A stretch of DNA of 59,744 nt from a virus (taxonomy: Duplodnaviria; Caudoviricetes), in IMG/VR virus record IMGVR_UViG_3300042861_000881, positions 1-59,744 of that record. One strand, written 5' to 3'. Below the pieces are notes generated by a model. It saw nothing but the letters and a program-made list of their open reading frames with translations, was not told the origin of the DNA and did no database searches. This document shows positions 28,687 through 38,076 of the stretch, one piece after another; within the stretch, counting starts at the first letter, position 1, and every line of letters begins with the position of its first letter. A program made the position numbers and the translations under genes.

Positions 28687-30923
28687 TGCAAGTAATACAA
28701 ATCACTAGTTTAACGGGACATTCTCCGTATGATATCACAATTTGTGATGTCACAAACACATATTGTTATTCCGGAGTGACCGGTGCAACAACGGCACCTT
28801 TAACTATTGATTTACCAACAGAATTATTGGGTTCAGAAGAAGTTCTTGTTGTGGTTACAGATTCTATTGGATGTCAAGAAATTCAATACCACGTATGTAC
28901 TACGGTACCAACACCAACACCAACTCCGACACAAACACCAACAATAACACCAACTAATTCCATTTGTAATTGTATATCAATAGAAAACACTTCGGGGATT
29001 ACATTAAATTTTGGTTTTACTCAGTGTGATGGGGAATCATTTTATGGTGAAATTTATTCATCAACAACATTATATGTTTGTGGTACTTTACCATATGGTG
29101 ATAGTGGTGTTGTAATAACAATATCGTCAGATATCTGTACCGGAGATGTATGTCCGGGACCTAGTCCAACCCCAACAACAACACCAACTCCGACCCCAAC
29201 ATTACCACCAATCGTTGGTTATTTTCAAGACACTTGTGACCCTTCTTATGAATTCATATTATCAGATATTCCAATCACATTTAGTCCATTGTCAGGTGTT
29301 TATTATATAAAAAGTTCGGGTTATGTAGGATGTGCTACAAATATTGTAAGTACAACATCAAGTAATATTTTTTCATTTATTGCAATGGGGTCCCAATCTA
29401 GTGTCTACTTTTGTCAAAAATCAAATTTTATTTATCCGTGTCCAACTTTAACACCTACACCAAGTATTACTCCAACAGTGACACCAACACCAAAGGTTAC
29501 GATGACTAAGACACCAACTAAAACACCGACTCAGACACCAACAACAACTATGAAGTATAGTATTTTTAAAGTTATGAATTGTTGTGATGGTAAAACAATT
29601 AAATTTGTTAGTTTACCTCATTATTTTTTATCCGGGACTTCTATTGTTGATACCGATGGTAATTGTTGGGAAATAATATCGATAAGTTCTATCACCCCAA
29701 ATATTATTTGGAACCAGTATACAACATACATAGATTGTAAATTGTGTATAACATATCAAACTTGTTCTCCAACACCGACACCAACACCATTATTTATATC
29801 TGTTTGGGACACAACAATTACTTCGGGTTCTTCTACAGCTTCAAATCAAATACAATTACCTTTGATAAACGGAGGTACATATAATTTTGTGGTTGATTGG
29901 GGAGATGGAACACAAGATACAATTACATCTTGGAATCAAGCAGAAACATTACACACCTATGCAAGTTCAGGAATTTATACTTTAGCAATAGAAGGCACTA
30001 TTTTGGAATGGTCTTTTTTTGAAAGTTTTATTTATTTCGGAGTTTCAGATTCAATAAAATTAACTTCAATATCTTCTTGGGGTAGCTTACAATTTGGTGT
30101 TTTAGCAAACTCAAACTTTAATGGATGCATAAATTTAGATTTAACATCTGTTTCAGATTTACCAAATCTTTCTAACACAATAACTTTAGATAATTGTTTT
30201 TCTGATTGTAATTCATTGACAAATATTAATAGGTCTAATGAATGGGATACTTTTAATGTTAATATTATGATAGCGACTTTTGCTAATAGTAATAATTTCA
30301 ACTCCGATATAAGTTCTTGGGACACAAGTAATGTTAACGATATGAACACTATGTTTAATAGCGCAACTGCGTTCAATCAAGATATTAGCGGTTGGGATGT
30401 AAGTAGCGTTACTAATATGTTAGATATGTTCAATTCCGCTGTTGTTTTTAATCAAAATATTGGTGGTTGGGACGTAAGTAATGTTACGAATATGAGTTTT
30501 ATGTTTGGAAGTGCAACTGCTTTTAATCAAGATATTGGTGGTTGGAATGTAAGTAATGTTACTAATATGAATTCTATGTTTATTTATGCATTTGCCTTTA
30601 ATCAAGATATTGGAGGTTGGAATGTAAGTAATGTTACGGATATGGGTAGTATGTTTAACTCCGCAACTGCTTTCAATCAAGATATTGGTGGTTGGAATGT
30701 TAGTGGTGTTACAAATTTTACCAATTTTATGGCTGATAAAACGTTTAGTGATTACTCAACAACAAATCTTGACGCAATTTATAATGGATGGAGCGCATTA
30801 CCTTCTGTTCAGTCAGGTAGAAATATTACCTTTAACACAATTAAATATACTGCGGCAGGTTCTGCCGGTAAGGCAATCCTTCAAGGAACGTATGGTTGGA
30901 CAATTACCGATGGCGGTATATAA
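28686..30923 (+). CDS. Virion-like protein with Cys-rich modules, Thr-Pro linkers, PKD-like domain and DUF285 repeats
   Basis: Four PT linkers; FVVDWGDG; [16 protein letters not shown] repeats; ends GWTITDGGI like the 1443-aa protein. Confidence 0.8.
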   Translation: MQVIQITSLTGHSPYDITICDVTNTYCYSGVTGATTAPLTIDLPTELLGSEEVLVVVTDSIGCQEIQYHVCTTVPTPTPTPTQTPTITPTNSICNCISIENTSGITLNFGFTQCDGESFYGEIYSSTTLYVCGTLPYGDSGVVITISSDICTGDVCPGPSPTPTTTPTPTPTLPPIVGYFQDTCDPSYEFILSDIPITFSPLSGVYYIKSSGYVGCATNIVSTTSSNIFSFIAMGSQSSVYFCQKSNFIYPCPTLTPTPSITPTVTPTPKVTMTKTPTKTPTQTPTTTMKYSIFKVMNCCDGKTIKFVSLPHYFLSGTSIVDTDGNCWEIISISSITPNIIWNQYTTYIDCKLCITYQTCSPTPTPTPLFISVWDTTITSGSSTASNQIQLPLINGGTYNFVVDWGDGTQDTITSWNQAETLHTYASSGIYTLAIEGTILEWSFFESFIYFGVSDSIKLTSISSWGSLQFGVLANSNFNGCINLDLTSVSDLPNLSNTITLDNCFSDCNSLTNINRSNEWDTFNVNIMIATFANSNNFNSDISSWDTSNVNDMNTMFNSATAFNQDISGWDVSSVTNMLDMFNSAVVFNQNIGGWDVSNVTNMSFMFGSATAFNQDIGGWNVSNVTNMNSMFIYAFAFNQDIGGWNVSNVTDMGSMFNSATAFNQDIGGWNVSGVTNFTNFMADKTFSDYSTTNLDAIYNGWSALPSVQSGRNITFNTIKYTAAGSAGKAILQGTYGWTITDGGI

Positions 30924-30976
30924 TTTCTATTTATCTTTTTATAAAAAATATTATTTTTCTAATAAAAAGATATTAA

Positions 30977-32224
30977 ATGAAAATATTTGTCCAAATTGCG
31001 TCCTATCGTGACCCCCAACTTATTCCAACAATTAAGTCAATGTTGGAGAACGCCAAAAAACCAAAAAATTTAGTAATCGGAATTTGTCGTCAATATCATC
31101 CTGAGGATGGGTTTGATGATTTATCAGAGTACTCTAAAGATAAACGATTTAGAGTTGTTGATGTCCTATATACGGAATCAAAAGGAGTATGTTGGGCAAG
31201 AAACCAAGTTCAACAATTATATAAAGGTGAAGAGTATACCTTACAAATTGATTCTCATATGAGATTTGAAAAGGATTGGGACGACACCTTAATTAAGATG
31301 GTTAAACAACTTCAAAAGAAAGGATTTAAGAAACCTTTATTAACCGGATATGTTTCTTCATTCGACCCGGATAATGACCCGGCAGGTAGAGTCCAAGAAC
31401 CTTGGAGAATGGCCTTTGATAGATTCATTCCCGAAGGAGCGGTTTTCTTCTTACCTGAAACAATTCCGGGATGGGAAAAATTAACCGAACCGGTTACTTC
31501 ACGATTTTATTCGGCTCATATGGCCTTTACCTTAGGACAATTTAGTGTTGAGGTTCAACACGACCCTGAGTTCTATTTTCACGGAGAAGAAATATCAATT
31601 GCAGTTAGAGCATTTACCCACGGGTATGATTTATTTCACCCACATAAAACCGTTATTTGGCACGAATATACTCGTAAGGGTAGAACCAAACAATGGGATG
31701 ACGATAAAGAGTGGGGTAAGAAAAACGAATTATCTCATAAGAAAAATCGTCAACTATTTGGTATGGACGGTGAAGACGTTACAATGGACTTTAGTTTTTA
31801 CGGGTTCGGAACTGAACGAACTTTAAAAGATTATGAAATTTATTCAGGACTTAAATTCTCAAATAGAGCTGTTCAACAATATACTTTAGATAAAAATTAC
31901 GCACCTAATCCTCAAATATTTGAAACCGAGGAAGAATGGTTGGCAAGTTACGCAAGTATCTTTAAACATTGTATTGATATTGGATTCCATCAGGTTCCGG
32001 AGAAAGATTATGATTTTTGGGTCGTAGCTTTCCACGATGAAAATGATGAAACAATTTATAGAAAAGATGCTGACATCAATGAAATTAACAATATGATGAG
32101 AGACCCTGATGGGTATTGCAAAGTTTGGAGAGAGTTTCAAACAACACATAAACCAAAATATTGGGTTGTATGGCCTCATAGTGTGTCTAAAGATTGGTGT
32201 GAAAGAATAACGGGTAATTTGTAA
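30977..32224 (+). CDS. GT60-family polypeptide/hydroxyproline alpha-GlcNAc transferase
   Basis: IFVQIASYRDP, S.GVCWAR, GEEYTLQIDSHMRF...WD, DP..YFHGEEI...RAFTHGYD..HP....WHEY.R, G..RTL.DYE..SG. Confidence 0.85.
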   Translation: MKIFVQIASYRDPQLIPTIKSMLENAKKPKNLVIGICRQYHPEDGFDDLSEYSKDKRFRVVDVLYTESKGVCWARNQVQQLYKGEEYTLQIDSHMRFEKDWDDTLIKMVKQLQKKGFKKPLLTGYVSSFDPDNDPAGRVQEPWRMAFDRFIPEGAVFFLPETIPGWEKLTEPVTSRFYSAHMAFTLGQFSVEVQHDPEFYFHGEEISIAVRAFTHGYDLFHPHKTVIWHEYTRKGRTKQWDDDKEWGKKNELSHKKNRQLFGMDGEDVTMDFSFYGFGTERTLKDYEIYSGLKFSNRAVQQYTLDKNYAPNPQIFETEEEWLASYASIFKHCIDIGFHQVPEKDYDFWVVAFHDENDETIYRKDADINEINNMMRDPDGYCKVWREFQTTHKPKYWVVWPHSVSKDWCERITGNL

Positions 32225-32227
32225 TAT

Positions 32228-32980
32228 ATGGTTACTTGGAATGGTGTTAAAATAGCCGATAAAGGTTTTTTAATTAATCTTGAAGAAAGAAAAGATAGAT
32301 TAGAAGAATCTATATCGGAATTACATAAAAATAATATTGTTGGCGTTGAGAGGTTTGATGCTATCAAAATAACGGAAGATAGTGATAATGGTTGGGTTAT
32401 AAGAGGATGTACACATAGTCATATGGATATATTAAAACTCCAAGTTGACAATGAATGGGAAAAAGTTATTATATTTGAGGATGATTTTTTTTTAGATTTT
32501 GATAATTCAGTTAATGACAATTCATTAGAAGATATTATCAATAATATTACTAACTATGATGTTGATTGTCTTTTTTTAGGCTCTGTTTTGTTGAATGAAT
32601 CAGAATATATTAACAAATTTATATTAAAACCAAATAAATTAGTTCAAACAACATCATATATTACGTCTTTAAAATTTTCAAAGTTTGTGACAAAACATTT
32701 TAATTATTTAGACAAACAATCTGTGGTATACGGGGAACAAATCGATAGTTATTATTCTAATCTTTCCGAACGTAATCATTGGAAAATTAATAATGAGTTA
32801 AATGGATGTTATGACCTCTTAAATCACGATTTAAAAATATATTTCACATACCCACAATTATTTAATCAAAGAACATCTTTTTCTAACATTGAAAATAAAA
32901 TGACTGGTTACTCACAATACAATAACTTACGTAATAAAAAATATTATCCAAAATTAAATTATGACATTAACGGAAACTAA
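32228..32980 (+). CDS. GT25-family glycosyltransferase
   Basis: INLEERKDR, RFDAI, GCTHSH, IFEDD, LFLG. Confidence 0.8.
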   Translation: MVTWNGVKIADKGFLINLEERKDRLEESISELHKNNIVGVERFDAIKITEDSDNGWVIRGCTHSHMDILKLQVDNEWEKVIIFEDDFFLDFDNSVNDNSLEDIINNITNYDVDCLFLGSVLLNESEYINKFILKPNKLVQTTSYITSLKFSKFVTKHFNYLDKQSVVYGEQIDSYYSNLSERNHWKINNELNGCYDLLNHDLKIYFTYPQLFNQRTSFSNIENKMTGYSQYNNLRNKKYYPKLNYDINGN

Positions 32981-33839
32981 TAATAAACCACTTAACTTAA
33001 TTTGGCAAACATTTAATGGAGACCAAACAAATTTTGAATTTGAATACACGACAGAAATTTTGTTTAAAAATATTGAACAAAATAGAATATTTGATGATGG
33101 TCAGTTATCAACAGTTTTAGATAATTCGGTAATTATTTATTCAAACAACTTAAATAATATATCTGAAGATTTTAACAATTATTTAGATAAATTTGTTGAA
33201 CTTGGGTATACTTTTTATTTATTACATTTTTCTAACGAAAATTTAAGTCATAATTGTGATTATTACTCAAAGGCAAAGTATGTTTTTAGAAATTATTATG
33301 ATTCAAATATTACTGATAAAAATGTAATGTTTATTCCTTTAGGCGTAAAATCAGGTTTTATTAATAAGAGTGAAAATTATTTAAAAACAAAAGAATATGA
33401 TTTTACATTTATTGGACAACCAAAGTCAGATAGACAAGAATTATTATCCATAATAGAGAATATGGAGAACGTTTTTATACATAAAACTAATTCTTGGAAT
33501 TGTTCAACATCATTAACTCAAGATGAATGTATTTCAATTTATATGAAAACAAAATTCACTCCTTGTCCTATGGGATGGGTTCATCCCGATTCATTTAGAT
33601 TGATGGAATGTTTGGAGTCCGGTTCAATACCTATTTTAAAAAATTACAATAATTTAGAATATTTTACTAAAGTTTGGGGTGATTCTCCAATACCGGTGGT
33701 TAATTCGTGGAATGAGATTGCCGAGTATTATAATATGGATACAGATAATTACAATCAATTATATAGTAAAGTGTTTAATTGGTATTCTGAATTTAAAATT
33801 AAATTAACTTCAAAAATTAAAAATAATTTAAATGAATAA
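32961..33839 (+). CDS. Exostosin/GT47-like glycosyltransferase
   Basis: FTFIGQ...R, TKFTPCPMGWVHPDSFRLMECLESGSIP. Confidence 0.7.
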   Translation: MTLTETNNKPLNLIWQTFNGDQTNFEFEYTTEILFKNIEQNRIFDDGQLSTVLDNSVIIYSNNLNNISEDFNNYLDKFVELGYTFYLLHFSNENLSHNCDYYSKAKYVFRNYYDSNITDKNVMFIPLGVKSGFINKSENYLKTKEYDFTFIGQPKSDRQELLSIIENMENVFIHKTNSWNCSTSLTQDECISIYMKTKFTPCPMGWVHPDSFRLMECLESGSIPILKNYNNLEYFTKVWGDSPIPVVNSWNEIAEYYNMDTDNYNQLYSKVFNWYSEFKIKLTSKIKNNLNE

Positions 33840-34584
33840 TTTTGATATTGGTATAACAACTTTTTCATTACGATATGATTTTGTTGAATCGTTAGTTAAA
33901 AGTATTAGAACGTTAGGTGTTGATAATAACATTTTTTTATGTATTAACGGAGAAAAAGATTCAAATTTTTCTGAAGAATACAGACAAAAAATATTATCCC
34001 TATGTCTTAATTACAAAAATGTGTATCCAATATTTTTTGTAGAAACAAGAGGATTGTCTAAAATGTGGAATACATTATTGATACATTCAACTAAAGACGA
34101 TTTGTTAATATTAAACGATGATATTGATATTGTTTCAGATAATATTTTTGAAGTTGTATCTCAACATATTACTACTCCGGATTATTTTGGGTTAAGTATT
34201 ATTAATAATACATTTTCATTTTTTGTTGTTAATAAAAAATTTATTGACGAATTAGGTTATTTTGATGAAAGATTAATTGGGTTTGGGGAAGAAGATGGTG
34301 ATATAATGTATCGATTAAAAAAACAAAAAGAAAAAAGTGTTTTTAGATTAAATGTTAGCGGTCTTGATAATATTGTTTCTGATATTAGACATAATGATAT
34401 AAAATCAGGTGTTGGTAAATATTCATTTTATAACAGAGATTATATTTTTAATCAAAAGTATAAATGTGATGGGGATATATATTATTTTCCTGAAGGTATT
34501 GAATGCGAACAAATATTAAATGATAAACAATTATATCCATATGAAAGATTTTTTATGGATAATAAACATAAACTATACATTTAA
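33832..34584 (+). CDS. GT-A glycosyltransferase (GT2/GT7C-like)
   Basis: GLSKMWN, LILNDD, GYFDERLIGFGEEDGD. Confidence 0.75.
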   Translation: MNNFDIGITTFSLRYDFVESLVKSIRTLGVDNNIFLCINGEKDSNFSEEYRQKILSLCLNYKNVYPIFFVETRGLSKMWNTLLIHSTKDDLLILNDDIDIVSDNIFEVVSQHITTPDYFGLSIINNTFSFFVVNKKFIDELGYFDERLIGFGEEDGDIMYRLKKQKEKSVFRLNVSGLDNIVSDIRHNDIKSGVGKYSFYNRDYIFNQKYKCDGDIYYFPEGIECEQILNDKQLYPYERFFMDNKHKLYI

Positions 34585-34591
34585 TTAAAAT

Positions 34592-35539
34592 ATGAATTTA
34601 AAAGTACATAATCCTTGTAATGAACATACTAGATATTATCGTAATTATAATTTATTTTGGGATGAGTTAACAGATAAATTAAAAGAAAAATATAACGTTA
34701 TTGAAAATCGTTATTTTGAAAATGCTCACAAAGAAAGATTTACCGTTTATTTTGATTCTTTAACAAGTGAAAGAGGGTTAGAATTACAAGAATGTGATTA
34801 TGTAATAGAAAATTTAGATAATGGGGATTTTTATATCTTATCTGTTTCAGATGATTTATCACAGCCTTTATTATCAGAACAAAATAATCCTAAATTAAAA
34901 AAAGTTTTATTCTCTCAATTTATAGATTACAAAATAAAACATCACACAGGAATTAATTATAATAAATTTAGTCCTTGGATTTACTTCCAATCTAACTTAA
35001 CTGATTTAGAAGTTTATTATAAAAAACGTCAATTAAAAAACAATTTTATTAAAAAATTATATTTTAGAGGTAATGTTAATGATAGACCAATATTAGAACA
35101 TTTTACAAAATCTATATTAGACGGACCAAATTATATTGGAAATTCAAAAGTTTATTTTGACGAGTTAATAAATTATGAAATTGGGTTATCAATTGCGGGA
35201 GTTGGGGAATTATGTTACAGAGATATTGAGTATATGGCTTTAGGTATCCCATTTATTAGGTTTGAATTTCAATCCGAATTATCTGAAAAATTAATACCAA
35301 ATTATCATTATATATCAATACCATATGATAAAAGTATTCCAAAACATAATGAGGTTCACACCGATAGATTAGGAGAAAAAGAACACGTACTACAAATTGA
35401 AGCGAGATTTAGGGAAGTTATTAGAGATGAAGATTTTTTAAGATTTATTTCAAAAAATTCAAGAAAATACTATGAAGACTTTCTTTCAACAAATTCAAGA
35501 ATAAATAAAACTTTAAAAATATTAAATTTAGATGATTAA
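34592..35539 (+). CDS. Putative GT-B glycosyltransferase
   Basis: KLYFRG...Y..EL..Y.IGLSIAGVGELCYRDIEYMALGIP...LIPNYHYI; cluster context. Confidence 0.6.
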   Translation: MNLKVHNPCNEHTRYYRNYNLFWDELTDKLKEKYNVIENRYFENAHKERFTVYFDSLTSERGLELQECDYVIENLDNGDFYILSVSDDLSQPLLSEQNNPKLKKVLFSQFIDYKIKHHTGINYNKFSPWIYFQSNLTDLEVYYKKRQLKNNFIKKLYFRGNVNDRPILEHFTKSILDGPNYIGNSKVYFDELINYEIGLSIAGVGELCYRDIEYMALGIPFIRFEFQSELSEKLIPNYHYISIPYDKSIPKHNEVHTDRLGEKEHVLQIEARFREVIRDEDFLRFISKNSRKYYEDFLSTNSRINKTLKILNLDD

Positions 35540-36473
35540 AATAAAATTGGAATGTTGGTGGGCCGACTCAAACTCAATAAACTCAAGATTAATTAAACAA
35601 TTTGTTTCAGATGAAGATTTATTAAAATATTCTTTTGTTAATGAATCACCTGATTTTACCGTTGTTTTTGGTAGAACTGATTGGAATAAAATTGAAACCC
35701 CTAAAGAACGGACTTTTTATATTTCACAAGAACCTCTTTGGTCTCCAAATCAACCTAAAGACAATATTCATAATTATTGTTCTAAAATATTAATATCGGA
35801 CAAGGCCGACTATCCTAATAGGGATGAATATATTGAGACTCTACTTCCAATGTTTTACGCCGGAAGAGGTGAAAATGATAATCGAGAAATGTGGGATTGG
35901 TCATTAAAATTAAAAGATAGAGAATTTAATAAAAATAAAATAATGTCAATGATTGTTAGAAAAGGATATGAATCACATTTTAATCATTTAGTTAATCCGG
36001 ATACAAGTGAAATTAATTATGGTAGAAGAACTGAATTAGGGGAAACATTATCTTTAAATAATAATATTGATATTTTTGGGACTCATTGGGAAAATAATGG
36101 TGGAAACATTAAAGGTGAAGTATGGAATAAACACGTCGGGTTAGATGAATATAAATTTTCAATTTGTTGTGAAAACACAATTCAAAAAAATTATATTAGT
36201 GAAAAATTTTGGGATGCAGTATTAACTGAGACAATTCCAATTTATTTAGGTTGTTCCAACATTAATGAATATATTTCATCTGATTGTTATATTAATATTA
36301 CTAATTTAACATTTGAACAGACAGTAGAAAAAATAAATGACATTATAGATAATTCTGACGATTACTATAATAGATACGTCCAAAATATTAAAAATTTAAA
36401 ACAAGATTTTTTTAAAAATTCTAATTTTAATGTTTGGGAAAAAATTAAAAAATTAATTAAAGATTATGAATAA
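35532..36473 (+). CDS. GT10-family (alpha-1,3/4-fucosyltransferase-like)
   Basis: YKFSICCENT...NYISEKFWDA...IPIYLG fucosyltransferase motif. Confidence 0.85.
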   Translation: MIKIKLECWWADSNSINSRLIKQFVSDEDLLKYSFVNESPDFTVVFGRTDWNKIETPKERTFYISQEPLWSPNQPKDNIHNYCSKILISDKADYPNRDEYIETLLPMFYAGRGENDNREMWDWSLKLKDREFNKNKIMSMIVRKGYESHFNHLVNPDTSEINYGRRTELGETLSLNNNIDIFGTHWENNGGNIKGEVWNKHVGLDEYKFSICCENTIQKNYISEKFWDAVLTETIPIYLGCSNINEYISSDCYINITNLTFEQTVEKINDIIDNSDDYYNRYVQNIKNLKQDFFKNSNFNVWEKIKKLIKDYE

Positions 36474-37191
36474 TATATTATTAGTTATGAAGTTTTGGGA
36501 TGATGGTCAACCAAACTCAACAAGAATTAGAAATGTAGATTATACTTGGATAAAATTAAAACAACTTTCAAAATACCTAAATGAAAATGGTATTATGTGT
36601 GAATCAAAATTATATGATTTTTCACCTGAAAAAATTATAGAAGATTCTATACATATCCCTTATGGTCTTGGAGAATATAAAAAGTCAGAAAAAACTAATG
36701 TTATCTTAAAAGAAAATAATGAATTTAATTATGTTTTTATGTTTGATTGTGACGCATTTTTTTTAAAAAGTGACAACAATAAAATATTTAACATATTAAA
36801 TAATTTAGAATCAAATCGTATTGTGACATTTGATTTAGCCAAGTTAGATGATGTGTCATCGATTAATGTTATTAATAGAGATGAGGTTGATTTAAATAGT
36901 GATGATTTTTCATATGCGTATTCCGGTAACAAAGAAAACGGACCATTATGTTGTGGACACGGAGGTGGTTTAGGTGGAGTTTATTTATGTGATATTTCAC
37001 TTATTATGGATAATGGTGGGTTTGATGAATCGTATGTCGGTTGGGGTGGTGAAGATGGAGATATGATGGGAAGAATAATGTATTCAAATAAACCATATAA
37101 ACAAATATCAACTAGAGATTTTGCTCCTTTTCATTTATCTCATTTTACGGATTGGGGTAGTGAAAAATATAATAAAAGATTTATTAATTAA
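36466..37191 (+). CDS. GT-A glycosyltransferase (GT7 C-terminal-like)
   Basis: FDCD, NGGFDESYVGWGGEDGD, FHLSH. Confidence 0.75.
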   Translation: MNNILLVMKFWDDGQPNSTRIRNVDYTWIKLKQLSKYLNENGIMCESKLYDFSPEKIIEDSIHIPYGLGEYKKSEKTNVILKENNEFNYVFMFDCDAFFLKSDNNKIFNILNNLESNRIVTFDLAKLDDVSSINVINRDEVDLNSDDFSYAYSGNKENGPLCCGHGGGLGGVYLCDISLIMDNGGFDESYVGWGGEDGDMMGRIMYSNKPYKQISTRDFAPFHLSHFTDWGSEKYNKRFIN

Positions 37192-37194
37192 AAT

Positions 37195-38076
37195 ATGAAA
37201 AAAATTAAATTTATTACTGCTATATATTCTAATTTATATGGAACTGAACTAGGTGGACGACCAAATCGTCACGGACATTATAGATGGAGTTTATTGTCTT
37301 TATTAAAAATGACTGACGCCGATTTTGTGTGTTATACGTCTAAAGAAGAAATTGAAAATTTAGAACAATTTTTTTATGAATCGTATAACATTAGTAAAGA
37401 AAAATTACAATTTATTGTGTTTGATTTAAATAATAATGAATTTTCAGAAATAATTAATAAGTTTAAAGATGTTGATAGTGTTAAAAGAGGGGATAGATGT
37501 ATTGAAATTCAATATATGAAATTTATTTGGTTATTGTCGGAAGATATGTCCTATGATTATTATTTTTGGATAGACGCGGGATTATCTCATTGTGGACTTA
37601 TTCCTGAAAAATATTTGATTTCAGGTGGTGAACACAATAGAGGGTATTTTGAAAGTTCATTATTTAATAATAAATTTTTAAATAATTTAATAATTAATAC
37701 AGAAGATAAATTTACAATAATTACCAAAGATAATGAAAGAAATTTTTGGTCCGGTACGGTTGACCCAGTTCATTTCACAAATTACAATAGAAGTCTTCAC
37801 ATTATTGGTGGATTGTTTGGTGGTAAAAAAGAAATATGGGGGACAATTATTGAGTTATTTAGAAATTATGTTTATAAAGTTACTGAACACGACAAGAGAT
37901 TATATCACGAAGAAGATATTATGACGTTAATGTTTAGAAATCATCCTGATATGTTTTATGGATATTATTTTGAAACTTGGTGGCACGAAAATGAAAGAAT
38001 GGCCGGTACGGATATGGCAGAACACGTTAAAAATAATAAAAGTTTTTATAAAATATTAGAAGAATTAAATGAGTAA
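37195..38076 (+). CDS. HtrL/YibB-like putative glycosyltransferase
   Basis: K...YYFWIDAGL, IIGGLFGG, EE..M. Confidence 0.65.
   Translation: MKKIKFITAIYSNLYGTELGGRPNRHGHYRWSLLSLLKMTDADFVCYTSKEEIENLEQFFYESYNISKEKLQFIVFDLNNNEFSEIINKFKDVDSVKRGDRCIEIQYMKFIWLLSEDMSYDYYFWIDAGLSHCGLIPEKYLISGGEHNRGYFESSLFNNKFLNNLIINTEDKFTIITKDNERNFWSGTVDPVHFTNYNRSLHIIGGLFGGKKEIWGTIIELFRNYVYKVTEHDKRLYHEEDIMTLMFRNHPDMFYGYYFETWWHENERMAGTDMAEHVKNNKSFYKILEELNE

Noticed and set aside
24255-30720. Diversity-generating retroelement TR/VR pair
   Set aside because: No reverse transcriptase in the window. Repeat differences are not adenine-specific by eye and all copies are coding.
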